The notes beneath the pieces were generated by a model. It was not told the origin of the DNA. It was given only the letters and a program-made list of their open reading frames with translations, and searched no databases. A stretch of DNA of 64,000 nt from an uncultured Planctomycetaceae bacterium (GTDB taxonomy: Bacteria; Planctomycetota; Planctomycetia; Pirellulales; PALSA-1355): NCBI GenBank assembly GCA_963785305.1, contig CAWAUV010000008.1, forward strand, positions 992,001 to 1,056,000, in the 5' to 3' direction. A program made the translations under genes and the position numbers. Below, piece after piece: positions 61,907 through 64,000 of this stretch (position 1 is its first letter; each line of letters begins with the position of its first letter).

Positions 61907-62194
61907 ATGATCCATCTCAATATCTGGCTCTCGGTCCAGATGCCCGAAAACATCGACACCGTGCGTGATTTGCTCGCCGAGGCCGCGCGGCTTTCCCGGC
62001 TCGAACCGGGCTGCTTGCGCTTTGAGGCCTATCATTCGACCACCGATCCCGGCCGGTTCCTGTTGCATGAACGCTGGGAGTCGGCCGCCGCGCTGGATGA
62101 ACATCGGCTCGCCGCGGCGTACACCACCATCTATCGCCCGCGCATCTTGCCGCTGGTCGTTCGCGAACCGCATCCTTCGACATTGCTCGACTGA
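61907..62194 (+). CDS. ABM-domain protein (putative quinol monooxygenase)
   Basis: [25 protein letters not shown]. Confidence 0.85.
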   Translation: MIHLNIWLSVQMPENIDTVRDLLAEAARLSRLEPGCLRFEAYHSTTDPGRFLLHERWESAAALDEHRLAAAYTTIYRPRILPLVVREPHPSTLLD

Positions 62195-62274
62195 CCGAGG
62201 CTCGCCCGGCCGAGCGCGAGGCTCGCTGTCCGCCGGCCGTTTTAAAACACCGATCCCCGAAGGCCCGAACGCGC

Positions 62275-63543
62275 ATGACTCGCCCCATCACTTCCCCGAC
62301 CACCGCCGCGGCGTCTGGCTCGGCCGCTGCCCCAGCAACCGAGCCCGCCTCGAAGAACGTTCCCGACGCCGCCGGTCGCTTCGGTCCCTTTGGCGGTCGC
62401 TATGTGCCCGAGACCCTGATCCGAGCACTCGACCAGTTGACGGCCGAATACGAGCGGGCGCAAAGCGACCCGGCCTTCCAATGGGAACTCGACGAGCTCT
62501 TCAGTTCGTTTGTCGGTCGCCCCTCGCCGCTGTACCATGCGCGGCGGCTCGGCGAGCGCGCGGGCGGAGCGCGAATTTACCTCAAGCGCGAAGACGTCAA
62601 TCACACCGGCGCCCACAAGATCAACAACACCCTGGGCCAGGCGCTGCTCACCTTGCGCATGGGCAAGCGCCGCGTGATCGCGGAAACCGGCGCCGGACAA
62701 CATGGCGTCGCCACCGCCACGGCCTGCGCCCATTTCGGGCTCGAATGCATCGTCTACATGGGCGAGGAAGATATCCGCCGCCAGCAGCCGAATGTGCTGA
62801 GCATGAAGCTTCTCGGCGCTGAAGTGCGACCGGTCTCGAGCGGCTCTCGCACCCTGCGCGACGCGATCAACGAAGCGATGCGCCAATGGATGAACAGTGT
62901 CGAAACCACGCACTACATTCTCGGCTCGGCCGTGGGCCCGCATCCTTTTCCTCGAATTGTGCGCGACTTTCAATCGGTGATCGGCCGCGAGACGATCGAG
63001 CAGTCGCGGCGCCTGTTCGGCCGACTGCCCGATGTGGCCGTGGCCTGTGTCGGCGGCGGGAGCAATGCGGCCGGCATGTTTTATCCACTGGTCGAACACA
63101 CCGAAACGCGCTTGGTGGGCGTCGAGGCCGGCGGCCGCTCGGAAAAACCCGGCGATCATGCCTCGCCGCTCACCTATGGCCAACCCGGCGTGCTCCACGG
63201 CAGCTTCAGCTACGTGATGCAAGACGACGATGGCCAAACCCACGATGTGCATTCGGTGTCCGCCGGACTCGATTATCCTGGCGTCGGGCCCGAACATAGC
63301 TATTGGAAAGACTCGGGCCGGGTCGAATACACAAGCTGCCGCGACCACGACGCCCTGGCCGCCTTCGACCAGTTGGCCCAGTGCGAAGGCATTCTGCCCG
63401 CGCTCGAAAGCTCGCATGCCGTGGCCAAGGCGATGGAGATCGCCGCCGAGCTGTCGCCGGAACAAATTGTGGTCGTGTGCCTCTCGGGCCGCGGCGACAA
63501 AGACGCCGCGGAAATCGCGCGGTTGCGCGGCCTCGAGCAATAG
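62275..63543 (+). CDS. trpB: Tryptophan synthase beta chain
   Basis: [60 protein letters not shown]. Confidence 0.97.
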   Translation: MTRPITSPTTAAASGSAAAPATEPASKNVPDAAGRFGPFGGRYVPETLIRALDQLTAEYERAQSDPAFQWELDELFSSFVGRPSPLYHARRLGERAGGARIYLKREDVNHTGAHKINNTLGQALLTLRMGKRRVIAETGAGQHGVATATACAHFGLECIVYMGEEDIRRQQPNVLSMKLLGAEVRPVSSGSRTLRDAINEAMRQWMNSVETTHYILGSAVGPHPFPRIVRDFQSVIGRETIEQSRRLFGRLPDVAVACVGGGSNAAGMFYPLVEHTETRLVGVEAGGRSEKPGDHASPLTYGQPGVLHGSFSYVMQDDDGQTHDVHSVSAGLDYPGVGPEHSYWKDSGRVEYTSCRDHDALAAFDQLAQCEGILPALESSHAVAKAMEIAAELSPEQIVVVCLSGRGDKDAAEIARLRGLEQ

Positions 63544-63618
63544 CTGGGCAAGACCAACGACCCTCGTTCCCTAAAGTCGATGGGACAAACACGATTCGGA
63601 TTCTTGGAGAGTTGCAAT

Positions 63619-64000
63619 ATGTCAGCCATCGATGATCTGTTTGTCTCGCTTCGCGCCGCCGGTAAAAAGGCGCTCATGCCGTTTGTGACCGCTGGCGATC
63701 CCGATCTCGCGTTCACGGCCGATCTCCTAAAGGAACTGGCTCGCCGCGGCGCGCATCTGTGCGAAGTCGGCATTCCCTACAGCGACCCGATCGCCGATGG
63801 TCCCGTGATTCAGGCCTCGTACACTCGGGCGCTGGAGCGCAAAATCAAAATGTCCGACATCCTCGCGATGCTCGGCGATGTGGCGCCGCGGATCGAGCCG
63901 CCGCTGGTCACGATGGTGAGCTACGCGATCGTGCATCGCCTGGGCGCCGAGCGCTATGTGCGCGACGCTCGGCTGGCGGGCGTGGCCGGAGCGATTGTGC
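63619..64000 (+). CDS. trpA: Tryptophan synthase alpha chain (5' part)
   Basis: MSAIDDLF..ALMPFVTAGDP..EVGIPYSDPIADGPVIQ; runs off the window edge. Confidence 0.95.
   Translation, partial: MSAIDDLFVSLRAAGKKALMPFVTAGDPDLAFTADLLKELARRGAHLCEVGIPYSDPIADGPVIQASYTRALERKIKMSDILAMLGDVAPRIEPPLVTMVSYAIVHRLGAERYVRDARLAGVAGAIV

Noticed and set aside
1..64000. tRNA or rRNA genes
   Set aside because: None recognised by eye.

Overview
This is a GC-rich chromosomal window from a planctomycete, probably Pirellulales-like. The assignment rests on a DUF1549/DUF1553 plus DUF1501 pair, a BBP7-type beta-barrel, a sulfatase, a planctomycete-type ECF/anti-sigma pair and palindromic repeats. Gene content: two RND efflux systems (one divergently linked to three tandem TolC paralogues), an IS1202/ISNCY-like element with clear ends, speA, a divergent MDH, folK, an AtuA cluster, queC/queE, flgM, fur and trpB/trpA. 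Many conserved genes carry single-base frameshifts, most likely long-read consensus errors. The best candidate for an undescribed system is an AT-richer islet at ~60.8-61.6 kb, where a promoter points into a ~55-nt structured hairpin with a T-tract directly ahead of a NYN/PIN ribonuclease gene. This resembles an RNA-antitoxin/nuclease-toxin cassette, and the gene is broken by an exact 8-bp duplication. Other leads are the triple-TolC operon (possible heterotrimeric channel), an MDH-family enzyme with an LDH-like Gln at the specificity position, an orphan phage tail-chaperone-like gene and a solo IS630 HTH inside an efflux operon. All calls come from motif recognition by eye; no searches were run.
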